Below, piece by piece: positions 39,311 through 49,300 of a stretch of 64,000 bases of DNA (position 1 is the first letter of the stretch; each line of letters begins with the position of its first letter). Source of the DNA: Bacilli bacterium (GTDB lineage: Bacteria > Bacillota_I > Bacilli_A > ML615J-28 > CAG-698). The DNA lies in assembly GCA_050953085.1 (NCBI GenBank), contig JBMNLX010000005.1, positions 65,800-129,799 on the forward strand. The letters are read 5' to 3'. The notes beneath the pieces were generated by a model. That model saw only the letters and a program-made list of their open reading frames with translations. It was not told the DNA's origin and made no database searches. The translations under genes were made by a program, and so were the position numbers.

Positions 39311-40654
39311 TTATTCAGCGTCTTCTACGCTGCAAAACATCGAGTACGCGCCTTTGAAGACCAGTCGAATACTGTCGGTTACGCCCTGACGGTTTTTGGC
39401 GACAATCAATTCCGTTTGCACGTTGCGGAATTTTCGCGTCGTATCCTCGTCGCCCTTTGCCGGCTCGCGATGCAAAAACATTACGATATCGGCGTCCTGC
39501 TCGATACTGCCCGACTCGCGCAAGTCGGAAAGAATCGGCCTCTTATTCTCGCGCTGCTCGATGAGACGCGAAAGTTGCGATAATGCCAAAACGGGAACGT
39601 CAAGCTCGCGGGACATCATTTTCAATTGTCGCGAGATTTTAGAGACTTCGTCAACGCGGTTCATCGTCCTTCTTCTCGTCGTGAGCAACTGTAAATAGTC
39701 GATAATAACGAGATCCAGTTTCCCGTCGCGCTTGAGCTTCCGGCATACCGTGACGAGTTCCTCGACGTCGGTCGCGCCCGCTTCGTCCAAATACAGATTA
39801 AAGCGGTCAAGTTTTGTTTTTGCGGCGTAAAGCGAGGCCATTTCCGTTTCGTTAAGTTTGCCGCTCCTAATTTTATTTAGCGTTAAACCCGAATGCGAGC
39901 TGTAAAGCCGCATCAATAATTGGTCGATTCCCATCTCCAAGGAGAAAAAAGCCACGTGGGCATCCATCAGCTCGCAAGCATTTGTGGCGACGTTAAGCGC
40001 GAAAGCCGATTTCCCAATCCCGGGCCGCGCCGCGAGAATTATCAGCTCGCCTTTTTGAAAACCAAAAGTTAATTTATTCAAAGCCTTAAATCCGGTATCT
40101 AACCCGGTCAGGGTGTCGCCCGTTTTTTGCTTGTTTCGCTCAATAATCGATAAAACTTTATCGGTCACGTTGTCGATGCGGATTAAATCGACCGTCTTGC
40201 GCTTGTTAAGCGTCTCGATGATATTGCGCTCGGCGGTATCGATTATTTCTTCAAAAGAAAGTTTGCGGTCGAGAATTTGATTCGACAGTTCCTGCATTTT
40301 GCGCAGCAACTCGCGCTCGACCGATTTTTCTTTAATAATTTGAATATAAGCCGCGACATTCGCGACCGAAGGAATGGCGTCCATAAGCTCGAATAAATAC
40401 TCGCCGCCGCCCGTAGCCTCGTAAAGACCTTTCTGTTTTAAATACTCGATTACGGAACTGACGTCGATTTCTTTTTTGGCTTTGTCCAGGGCGATAATCG
40501 CGTTCATAATATTGATATTTTCCTGAAAATAAAAATCAGTGTAATCGAGTTGGCTGACCACTTCCGACACAAGGCGGTTTTCAATCAGGACCGAACCCAA
40601 CACATAATTTTCCGCTTCTCTGCTGCTGGGAATTTGTCTTTGCATTTCCATCAT
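39311..40654 (-). CDS. dnaB: Replicative DNA helicase (DnaB family; DnaC in B. subtilis nomenclature)
   Basis: The N-terminal domain reads 'REAENYVLGSVL'. Walker A is 'ARPGIGKSAF'. The segment 'SLEM' and a RecA-like core follow. Confidence 0.95.
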   Translation of the reverse strand: MMEMQRQIPSSREAENYVLGSVLIENRLVSEVVSQLDYTDFYFQENINIMNAIIALDKAKKEIDVSSVIEYLKQKGLYEATGGGEYLFELMDAIPSVANVAAYIQIIKEKSVERELLRKMQELSNQILDRKLSFEEIIDTAERNIIETLNKRKTVDLIRIDNVTDKVLSIIERNKQKTGDTLTGLDTGFKALNKLTFGFQKGELIILAARPGIGKSAFALNVATNACELMDAHVAFFSLEMGIDQLLMRLYSSHSGLTLNKIRSGKLNETEMASLYAAKTKLDRFNLYLDEAGATDVEELVTVCRKLKRDGKLDLVIIDYLQLLTTRRRTMNRVDEVSKISRQLKMMSRELDVPVLALSQLSRLIEQRENKRPILSDLRESGSIEQDADIVMFLHREPAKGDEDTTRKFRNVQTELIVAKNRQGVTDSIRLVFKGAYSMFCSVEDAE

Positions 40655-41097
40655 TTCTTCTCCACGACATGAATAGTCATTAGCGCCGTTACTTCTTTAT
40701 GCAGTTGAATGGGGATTTCATATGTCCCCAATGAGTTTATAATTTTATCGGGCAGCATCTTGCGTTTGTCGAGAATAAGATCGTGCTGCGCCTTAAACTC
40801 ATCCGCGATTTGCTTGGTGCTGACGCTGCCGAATAATTTGCCTTCTTTCCCGACGCGAACATGAATGTGAACCGGTTTGCTTTCAATAACGGATTTCAAC
40901 TCCCGCATCTCGTTAAGATGCTTTTCCATCGCCTCTTTCTCTTCCCGTTTTTTCTTTTCCAATTGCTTGATATTATCCACGGTCGCCAAAACGGCTTGAT
41001 CGGTCCTGATCAAGAAATTCGCGTGACCGGCGGGAATATCTATAATGTCGCCTGCTTTCCCTTTCCCCTTAACGTCCTTCGTTAATATGATTTTCAT
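40651..41097 (-). CDS. rplI: Ribosomal protein L9 (translated from the internal SD+ATG of the 811-aa ORF)
   Basis: The sequence 'MKIILTKDVKGKGKAGDIIDIPAGHANFLIRTDQA' is the L9 N-domain. It is preceded by GGAGGT N10 ATG. Confidence 0.8.
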   Translation of the reverse strand: MKIILTKDVKGKGKAGDIIDIPAGHANFLIRTDQAVLATVDNIKQLEKKKREEKEAMEKHLNEMRELKSVIESKPVHIHVRVGKEGKLFGSVSTKQIADEFKAQHDLILDKRKMLPDKIINSLGTYEIPIQLHKEVTALMTIHVVEKK

Positions 41098-43086
41098 CGT
41101 CGTCATACCTCCATCCTCAAGTCTTGAGAGTTTGTCAATCAGCATTTCCTTCGCCTGTTCGACCGTTACGTCTTTTATCTGGGTCGCCGCATTATTGAAA
41201 TGCCCGCCCCCGTTCAGCTGTTCCATGATTACTTGCACGTTTACTTCGTTTAAACTGCGGGCGCTGATTCCGATTTCGTTCTCGTCGATCCGCCCAATGC
41301 AGAAAGAGGCTTTAATATCATGAACGGAAATAATGTTATCGGCAATTTTCGCCAGGAAGGCTCGGGAATAAATCTCGTCGGCGGAACACGCCGCGATCGC
41401 GTATTTGCCGTCGACTATTTCCAAATTATTCAGGATTGACATCCTCTTTACATATTCCCCGAAATTCTCCCGCAAATAACGCTGGGCGCGGGGAATTTCC
41501 GCGCCGATTTTTTGGAGAACCGCGAGCACGTTGAAAGTCCGATACGATGTCCTATACATCAAATTATTGGTGTCGACAAGAATCCCCATCAACATCCAGG
41601 TCGCCTCGATCTCGCTTATTTCAATCTCGTTGGAGATATATTGAAACATTTCCGCAACGAGTTCGACGGTCGAAGACGCGGACGACTGCGAATACAAATA
41701 ATCGTAATTGGAAATCGCGTTATTGTTTCGGCGGTGGTGATCGATTATCGCTATTTTGTTTGCTGATTTATATAGCTTTTCGCTTGTTAACAACGTTTGA
41801 TATTGACAGTCAACAATGACTAACAAAGTATCGTTCGTTATATTATCGACCGCTTTCCGCGGCGCGACGAAATAGTCCAAGATATTGATATGCTCTTTTT
41901 GGATTATGTTATGGATAGCCCTAATCGTTTCGTCAACCGACGACTCGTCAAAAACAATCTTGCTTTCCTTTTTCAAAGCGGCGACTATCTTATGAATGGC
42001 AAGGCAAGACCCGAAAGCGTCGGCGTCCATATCCTTATGCGACATGATTAAAACGTCGCGGGAATGTTTTATCATATCCGCAAGCATTTCCGCCTTCACC
42101 CGAACGAAGATCGGCGATCTTGTTTCAAGCGAAGTCGTTTTCGCCCCGAAATAATGGATCTGATTATCAATGAGGACAACGCCCTGGTTACCGCCGCGAT
42201 TAAGCGCCAACTCCAGCTGCTCTTCCGCCAATTCCACCAATCTGGTAATCCCGTCGTCCTTGCAGGCAATACCCAAAGACGCGGTAATCCGTAGGTCTTC
42301 TTTCTGGCAGTAATTTTGAATATCGTCAAGAACGCTAAATTTATCGTCCATTAATTCCCGCAACTGCGCAAAAGTCATAAACAACAAATACCGCGCTTCG
42401 CTTAAGCCGCGCAGATAGATGTCGTGTTTGTTGCTCCAATCGCTCAACAAACCGATAAGATTACTCATTTGCATGGCCCTTTCCTGCGCGTCAAGGGCCG
42501 TCAAAGCCGTGTCCAAGTTATCAAGGTTTAAAAAACCGACGGCGAGCAATGAGCGCCTGTATTTTTGTTGCAAGTCTTTTAGGTCGGTCTGGTCCAGAAA
42601 ATACAAGATATTATGATCGCTAATGACATTGCATCGATAATGACGGCCATAAATAGTCATTTCAAAATTTTCTTCGCCGTTAATTTTATCAAATAACTCG
42701 GGGTTAATAATCTCGATTTTCCGGTCGACAAGCGGGCTCATGAATATTTCCTTCGCGTAAGCGTTAGCCCATTCGATGACTTTCTCCTCGTTATAAATAA
42801 TAATGCCGATCGGGAGATGATTAAAGGCGTACTCGCCGGCTTTTTTCACCCGGTATGAGATCAAATTCCACAGTTTAAGCCGGTTTTCCAACCAGCGCAA
42901 TCGTTTTATATTCCTGTTCGCCTTGCCTATCATGTAAAAATACGTCAATGACGCGACGATTACGGACAGCGAAATATAGGAAATTGAGACGTGGAAATTT
43001 TCATCTATAAAAGAATAGACAAAGAGAAAGGTTGCCAAGCAAAATAATACTATGATGATTTTTTGAATAGGCAGTTTCATTTTCAT
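41098..43086 (-). CDS. gdpP: Cyclic-di-AMP phosphodiesterase GdpP (2 TM, PAS-like, degenerate GGDEF, DHH, DHHA1); reading frame continues without a stop codon into rplI
   Basis: It has 2 N-terminal TM helices. The motifs 'AIIDHHRR' (DHH) and 'GGGHFNNAATQ' (DHHA1) are present. It ends '...KLSRLEDGG' and then reads 'MTTMKIIL', which is L9, in the same frame. Confidence 0.8.
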
Positions 43087-43179
43087 AAGTTATCACCGCT
43101 GTTTTATAAATATTATAACACAATCGAAATAAAAAATAAAACAATATCCGGGCAAAAATAGACAACATATCGATTATTA

Positions 43180-43214
43180 TCATAAAAAAACCATAGTTCA
43201 AGCCTATGGTTTTT
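43180..43214. terminator. Hairpin with flanking A and T runs at the 3' end of the NlpC/P60 gene
   Basis: The sequence is AAAAAAACCATAG-TTCAAGC-CTATGGTTTTTTT. Confidence 0.5.
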
Positions 43215-45179
43215 TTAATACAATTTCAAATAAGCGATAATATTACCGCTGAAAGTTCTGAATTGTTGGACGACACACTTGTTGTGGCCGGAAGTGGTGT
43301 TGTGAAAAATGTAGGCGTTACCGCTATCGTCATCGCCGATATACATCATCACGTGGCCCTTAGCGAATATCAAAGCCCCCGGACGCAAATTGTTCTTAAT
43401 GAAATTCTCGTTGATATTCCCGCTTTGCGAATATTGGGGAATCGAGCGTTGTTGTGTGGTGTTGCGCGGCATTTTAAACCCGAAACACGAATAAATGGCG
43501 TTTTGCGTCGACGAGCAATCGCGGCCGGTAATATACGCGTCGCCCCAACTGTAAGGACTGTTCAGCATTTTAAACGCTTGATATAAGACATTCCGGAGCG
43601 TGTACGGCAAATACCCGTCATGCACTTCCTCCTCGTTTTTGGCGACGGCAACTTGGCGAAGAACCAATCCGCCTTCATCATCGCGCCGCGGCATCAGAAC
43701 GACATATTCGTCCTCGTTTTCGGATAGATAAGGGAGCGCCTGACCCATCCTGACACGCTGCGAACCAATCGTGAGAACATTGGCGACAACAACGATAAAT
43801 CTTTCGGCGTCAAGGAACGCTCGCATTTCCTCGCGATTGCACACCCCGATCTTCGCGGCTTCAACCCAGCCGTAATAATTCGTCGCCTGGACAAAAAACC
43901 ACTTTCCATCATTGGTTTCGTGATAGATTACAACTCCTTCTCCAACATTTAAGCCGGTCTCCTGAAAATAGTCCTGCGTCCGGGAATACGCGTAATAGTT
44001 GGTCGGAAAGCTGCGCACCGCGGCGAACTCGGTTATAATCCCGTAACGCGCCAAGACCGTCGCCGGGATCGCGTCCATATTCCGGTATTCTTTTATTTCA
44101 TCTTTTTCAAGCTCTGATAACGCCTTGCCGTCAGGCCGGTAAACGGACCTAGAGTCGATTATTTCATTATAGGCATTTATTTTTTGCTTTACTTCCGCGC
44201 CGGGCGCGGTTTCCGGGGACGCGAGCAAATTGACGACTTTGGTAAGGTGATTGTTATTATAAATATTTTGATTGTATTGGCTAATTTCCGACGGGGTGAA
44301 AATGACCTCGTCCGGGTCATACTCGGGAGAAAGGCGCTCAATCCAATATTCCGGATCCTCTACCGTATAATTTCTCGGCTTGACAACTATTAAGATGCTC
44401 GCGGTCACCGTCTCGTCGGAGGCCAACGCGGCCGTAAGCGCGGTCTCGCCCGCCTTTAAACCCGTAACGGTTAATTCGTCAACTTCCGCGATTCCTGCGA
44501 CGCTGAAAGAAAATATTATTTCCGTTAAATCCGGTATCCCTTCGGTAATCAAAGGTAAAAAGGCGCTCTCACCCGCTTCGATCTCAAGTTTAGACTTAAA
44601 AAAAGAAAGACTCTTTTCCTCCTCGACAAATACCGCGATTTCTGAAAAAACGGAATTGTCAAAGACATAATAGGCCGTTATTATAACCTCGCCGGTTTTC
44701 TGCGCGATAATCTCCTCATCATCGAAAAAAACGATCCCTTCGGCGCTTAAAAGGAAAGCCAGTTCCTCAAATCCGGCGATGTTTTCATACTCAAGCGGAA
44801 GCGGCGCGCGCTCGCCGACCGTCAAAACGATGCTTTCCCTGGTAAACTTCACGCGCGGCCGGCCAATAACCTCGATCGTGACCTTATCAAATATTGTTTC
44901 ATTTTTCACGTAACTTACTGTCAAGACGGTTGTTCCCGGCGCCAGGCCAAGAATCGTGAATCCTTCCGCTCTCGCGATACTTTCGTCGCTAAACGCGTGC
45001 TCGATTTCATCCTTGCCGATGCCGGTTAATTGATAAGCGAGCGTATAGGTCTCGCCCACTTCGATTTGCACGCGAGATTCCGTTATGGCGATTTTTTTCT
45101 CATCGCTTTTGCCTAAGCATCCCGAAAAACATAGCACAATTATAAACAGAATAATAATACGCCTAATTTTTCTTCCCAT
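43215..45179 (-). CDS. Lipoprotein peptidoglycan hydrolase: Ig-like (Big_2) domains, an SH3-like region and a C-terminal NlpC/P60 cysteine peptidase
   Basis: The signal peptide plus lipobox is 'VLCFSGC'. The C-terminal 'SPYSWGDAYITGRDCSSTQNAIYSCFG...GALIF...GHVMMYIG' matches the NlpC/P60 Cys-His catalytic motifs. Confidence 0.8.
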   Translation of the reverse strand: MGRKIRRIIILFIIVLCFSGCLGKSDEKKIAITESRVQIEVGETYTLAYQLTGIGKDEIEHAFSDESIARAEGFTILGLAPGTTVLTVSYVKNETIFDKVTIEVIGRPRVKFTRESIVLTVGERAPLPLEYENIAGFEELAFLLSAEGIVFFDDEEIIAQKTGEVIITAYYVFDNSVFSEIAVFVEEEKSLSFFKSKLEIEAGESAFLPLITEGIPDLTEIIFSFSVAGIAEVDELTVTGLKAGETALTAALASDETVTASILIVVKPRNYTVEDPEYWIERLSPEYDPDEVIFTPSEISQYNQNIYNNNHLTKVVNLLASPETAPGAEVKQKINAYNEIIDSRSVYRPDGKALSELEKDEIKEYRNMDAIPATVLARYGIITEFAAVRSFPTNYYAYSRTQDYFQETGLNVGEGVVIYHETNDGKWFFVQATNYYGWVEAAKIGVCNREEMRAFLDAERFIVVVANVLTIGSQRVRMGQALPYLSENEDEYVVLMPRRDDEGGLVLRQVAVAKNEEEVHDGYLPYTLRNVLYQAFKMLNSPYSWGDAYITGRDCSSTQNAIYSCFGFKMPRNTTQQRSIPQYSQSGNINENFIKNNLRPGALIFAKGHVMMYIGDDDSGNAYIFHNTTSGHNKCVVQQFRTFSGNIIAYLKLY

Positions 45180-45195
45180 CGTTCTCTCCTCATAT

Positions 45196-45236
45196 TAATA
45201 AAAAACCATAGAAACATTTAATCTATGGTTTTGTTA
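45196..45236. terminator. Hairpin terminator downstream of rpsR; its stem sequence is shared with the 43180 hairpin
   Basis: The sequence is AAAAAACCATAG-AAACATTTAAT-CTATGGTTTTGTT. Confidence 0.5.
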
Positions 45237-45241
45237 TTCCT

Positions 45242-45463
45242 TTATTCCTTTACAAAAGGCAATAAGGCCATATGCCGCGCTCTTTTGATAGCTACCGCCA
45301 ATTGTCTTTGATATTTGGCTTTCGTTCCGGTAACCCGGCGCGGGAGAATTTTACCGCGATCGGAAACAAACCTTCTTAATAATTCGTAATCTTTCCAATC
45401 GATATGTTCTATTTTATTCTCGGTAAAATAACAGACTTTTTTTCGCCTGCGATAACCTGACAT
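45242..45463 (-). CDS. rpsR: Ribosomal protein S18
   Basis: The sequence '[63 protein letters not shown]' matches S18. Confidence 0.95.
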   Translation of the reverse strand: MSGYRRRKKVCYFTENKIEHIDWKDYELLRRFVSDRGKILPRRVTGTKAKYQRQLAVAIKRARHMALLPFVKE

Positions 45464-45478
45464 ATTAATCTAACCTCC

Positions 45479-45976
45479 TTAAAATGGCAAATCGTCGTTG
45501 GAAACATTAAAATCGCTTCTAATGTCCTCAAACGGGCTCTTCTCTTCTTTTTTACTTTTTTCTTTATCGTAACTACCTCTATCGTATTGTCGATAATCAT
45601 CAGGGACATCATATGGGCTGACGTCATTGTATTCCGAATAATAGTCGCCGCCGCGAGCTGACTTCGGTTCCAAAAACTGAACGTTGTCACAAACGACTTC
45701 GGTGATGAAACGGCGGACGCCGTTCGGGTCGTCATAACTGCGCGTCTGCAACGAGCCCTCAACGCCGACTAAATTGCCTTTGCGTTGATAGCGAGCCAAG
45801 TTTTCTGCTTGATTGCGCCAAGCCACGCAGTTGATAAAATCAGTTTGTCTTTCCCCGGCTTTGTTTACGTAAGTGCGGTTTATGGCAACCGTAAACAAGA
45901 CGAAGGGGATGTCGCTGGACGTTCTCCTTAACTCAGGATCCTTGGTCAATCTGCCAACCAATATAACTTTATTCAC
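45479..45976 (-). CDS. ssb: Single-stranded DNA-binding protein
   Basis: The OB-fold reads 'MNKVILVGRLTKDPELR'. The acidic C-terminal tail ends 'DDLPF'. Confidence 0.95.
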   Translation of the reverse strand: MNKVILVGRLTKDPELRRTSSDIPFVLFTVAINRTYVNKAGERQTDFINCVAWRNQAENLARYQRKGNLVGVEGSLQTRSYDDPNGVRRFITEVVCDNVQFLEPKSARGGDYYSEYNDVSPYDVPDDYRQYDRGSYDKEKSKKEEKSPFEDIRSDFNVSNDDLPF

Positions 45977-45983
45977 TTGCCCA

Positions 45984-46268
45984 TCACTGCTCCTTAACTA
46001 TGATATGCCGAAGAACGTCTTCCCGGATGTTACATATCCGGTCGTATTCCGCTACGGCTTCAGGCGTGGCCTCGGCTTTAAAAACGACATAATAGCCTTT
46101 TCTCAAGTCCTGGATTTCGTATGCCAGGTCCTTCATTCCCCAAACGTCGACGGCGGTTAATTTGCTTCCGTGATCGGTAAATATCTTTTCGATTTCCTCA
46201 ATCAAAGCCTTATAACCGTCCTCGTCTAAATCCGGGCGAACGATAAACATGCCTTCGTATTTTCTCAT
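45984..46268 (-). CDS. rpsF: Ribosomal protein S6
   Basis: The sequence is 'MRKYEGMFIVRPDLDEDG...'. I chose the ATG at 46268 because AAGGAGGTG lies 6 nt upstream of it. The longer track ORF would begin inside the leader. Confidence 0.9.
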   Translation of the reverse strand: MRKYEGMFIVRPDLDEDGYKALIEEIEKIFTDHGSKLTAVDVWGMKDLAYEIQDLRKGYYVVFKAEATPEAVAEYDRICNIREDVLRHIIVKEQ

Positions 46269-46335
46269 TTGCTGCACCTCCTTATGGTCTGTTGGCTTCA
46301 TGCGAAGCAAGGATTTATTTTTTTATAACCAAGAT

Positions 46336-46364
46336 ATTATACTACATTATAGTCAATATGTAAA
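46336..46364 (-). promoter_or_regulatory. Putative sigma-A promoter of the rpsF-ssb-rpsR operon (TTTACA-17-TATAAT), overlapping the 3' end of the ATPase gene
   Basis: On the minus strand the sequence reads TCTTTACATATTGACTATAATGTAGTATAATATC. It is followed by a 60-nt leader. Confidence 0.45.
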
Positions 46365-46367
46365 GAA

Positions 46368-49300
46368 TTATTCTGGAGCGATTCTCAATTTTTTGAAAGA
46401 ATTCGAGATTAGGAGCATTAACGGGATCACGAAATGAATCAATAATAATGTCACGAGAATCTCCTTTATCATTAACGCGCCTTCGGCTTTGACCGCGGTG
46501 GTAACGCCGTTAAGTTGCCAATAGCCTCCCCGGCTTATCGAAAGCGTCGGTTCAACGTAATCGGTTGCGACGTCACCGTCGGTTATTTTTCTCGCCTTTA
46601 AGGAAGTGCGCTCGCCGTTAATCGCCCAATACCCGCTCGGGTCGATCGTCAATTCAATTTGATCGCCGAGGCCCGCGGGAATATCCGTCTCGATATCATT
46701 GATGGTGAATTTGCCGTCCTTTATCGCCACAACCGGGATTTCATATTCATCCGGGTTGGCGGGCAATTTTACCGCTTTCGCCGTTGTTTCGCGGCCGTTA
46801 AGCCACCAAAAGCCGCCGGAGACATTAAAAACTAATTCGTCGACGCTGCTATGAATGATAGTCGGATGACCGTCGATAACCCAATGATTATCGATAATCG
46901 TGATTTCGGGGCGACGATAACCCTCTGCCGCTGCGGTGTAGGTTATCCCGGGAACCCGGAACGCTTTAACGTTCGTCTTTTGACCGTTAATATGCCAATA
47001 CTTATTGACAACGTCAAGCACGAGACGGTTTTCCTCGAAAGCGTTAATCGACGTTTTCACGCCGTTTAAACACCAGTAATAATCGCCGTTGAGAGTAATA
47101 TTGGGGGTAAGGTAAGTTCCGTTGGACAAATTCTCGACTATCGGCATTTCAATCGCCCGTATCGTCGTCGCCTTGCCGTTGAGAGACCAATTATTGTGTT
47201 CGTTCACTTCCAGGATAATATCCTTGGAAAGCTCGTCGATATTTCTATAATAACTTAGGTCAAGCCGCGCGAATTTAACCGGCAATAAATTAAATCCCAT
47301 CAAAAAGCAACATATGACCATCGCTGCGAAAATGACTTTCCTAACCCAGTTAAACGGGTGGGAGACTTGAAACAAAACGAATAACATGACCGCCGTCGTT
47401 ACCACCGTCGCAATCGTCGTATACACGGCGTTGTTGTGTTGTAACGACTCGAATCCCGGGGTAATGCGAAGGAAACTTAAAATGAGATGCAAAATCACGA
47501 TTGTGAGAGCCCCGGGCAGCGTCGATTTAATAACGTTCGATAAAAACTTACCCTTGACAATCTGCCGGTTGCGTTGCAGCGCCAGATACATCGACGGGAA
47601 CCCGAGCACAAACCATTCGATCATGTATAAATGCTTGGCCGTGAACGGATAAGTTATGCTAATCGGGCCCTTCTGCATTCCCAAGATAATATACATTATC
47701 GTGAGCAATATCGCGAACATCGTCTTAACGAGAAAGAGCGTCGATGTTTTTTGAATATTATTAATGACTCGCCGGCCCTCGATGACGACTTCGGGCATGC
47801 TGGAAAAAGTGGAATTAACCAAAACCAGATGCGACGCGTAACGGACGGCGTCGCTCCCCGAAGCCATGGCGATACTGCAATCAGCTTCCTTGAGCGCCAA
47901 TATGTCGTTAACCCCGTCGCCGGTCATCGCTACGGTTTTATCGTGCTCTTTTAGGGTTTGAACAATAACTCTTTTTTGTTGGGGGCTGACCCGGCCGAAA
48001 ACCGTGTAGTCAAATACGATCTCGCGGACTTCGTCGTCGGTCATCCCCGCCAGGCTGACATATCGTTCGGCGCCTTCGACGCCGACCCGCATCGCGATCT
48101 GCGATACCGTTACGGGGTTGTCTCCCGATATAATCTTGATATCAACATTGTTTTGCTTGAAGAAATCAATCGTGTCGGCCGCGTCTTCGCGGATATGGTC
48201 ATGCAACACAATCAACGCGAGCGGTCTTGCGTTGCGGGGAATATCGTCGCCTTTTACCTGCGCGGTGACATGTCCCAAAACCAACACGCGGCCGCCTTCG
48301 CTCGCGAATCTCTCGACCCTTTCTTTAACGGAGTCATAGTATTGATTCAACACGAATTCCGGCGCCCCGAGATAAAAGGTTCCCTGCTCGCCAAAAACAA
48401 CGCCGCTGAATTTGCGTTTGGACGAAAACGGGATGACCCGCGTCGGTTCCAAAACATTGTTTTTATCAAAGAAACGGATCAAGGCTTCCGAAGTCGGGTT
48501 TGTGTCTTGAAACGCGTTCATCATCGAACCGACTATCTCGCGGATAGTATAGTCGGTATAGTTTTTCAGTTCTATGCAGTCGAACACACGCATCGATCCG
48601 TCGGTTATCGTCCCGGTTTTGTCAAGACACAAAACGTTGGCTCTGGCAAGCATCTCGATGCAATATAATTCCTGGACCAATGTCTTTCGTTTTCCCAGCC
48701 GGATTACGCCGTAAAACAACGAAACGCTGGTGAGAAGGAACAACCCCGCGGGAATCATCGCTAAAACGGAGCTTCCGGCCCTGATTAAGCCGTCTCGGCT
48801 TAATATTGACAGGAAATCCTTCGGCATCCCGTTGGTCGTCGTTATGTATGTTAACACGGCCAAGGGTAAAATAATTATGGAAACAAATTTAATAATAATA
48901 TTCAACGAACGCAATAACTGCGATTTGGGTTTTTGATAAACCCTGGCGTCTTTAGCCAGTTTTTCGATATAATTATCCTTGCCGACTTTATCGATCCTGG
49001 CCACCGCGGCGCCGCTAATAATAAAACTTCCCGAAAACAACTCGTCGCCCACGCTCTTGACAATCGCGTCGGATTCTCCGGTCAAGAGCGATTCATTAAC
49101 CTCGATCGTTCCTTCCAGTATAACGCTATCGGCGCAGATTTGTTTCCCGGGAGTATAAAAAACGATATCGTCAAGCACGACTTCGTCGACGGGAATTTCC
49201 ACTTTATCGCCGTCGCGAATAACGGTGGTCGTCGGCGCCGACATCAAGGATAATTTATCAACCAATAATTTTGCCTTGATCTCCTGGTAAAGCCCGATTA

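Noticed and set aside
40651-43086. Treating the 811-aa ORF as a single novel multidomain protein
   Set aside because: Its last 148 aa are unmistakably ribosomal protein L9 with its own SD and ATG. It is better described as gdpP plus rplI with a missing or lost stop. See the finding.
46368-47210. Classifying the ATPase C-terminal repeats as choline-binding/cell-wall-binding (CW_binding_1) repeats
   Set aside because: CW_binding_1 repeats are regular ~20-aa units with a GW...WYY core. These are irregularly spaced W-x-L-N-G-x-x-T units, and the domain is predicted to be cytoplasmic.
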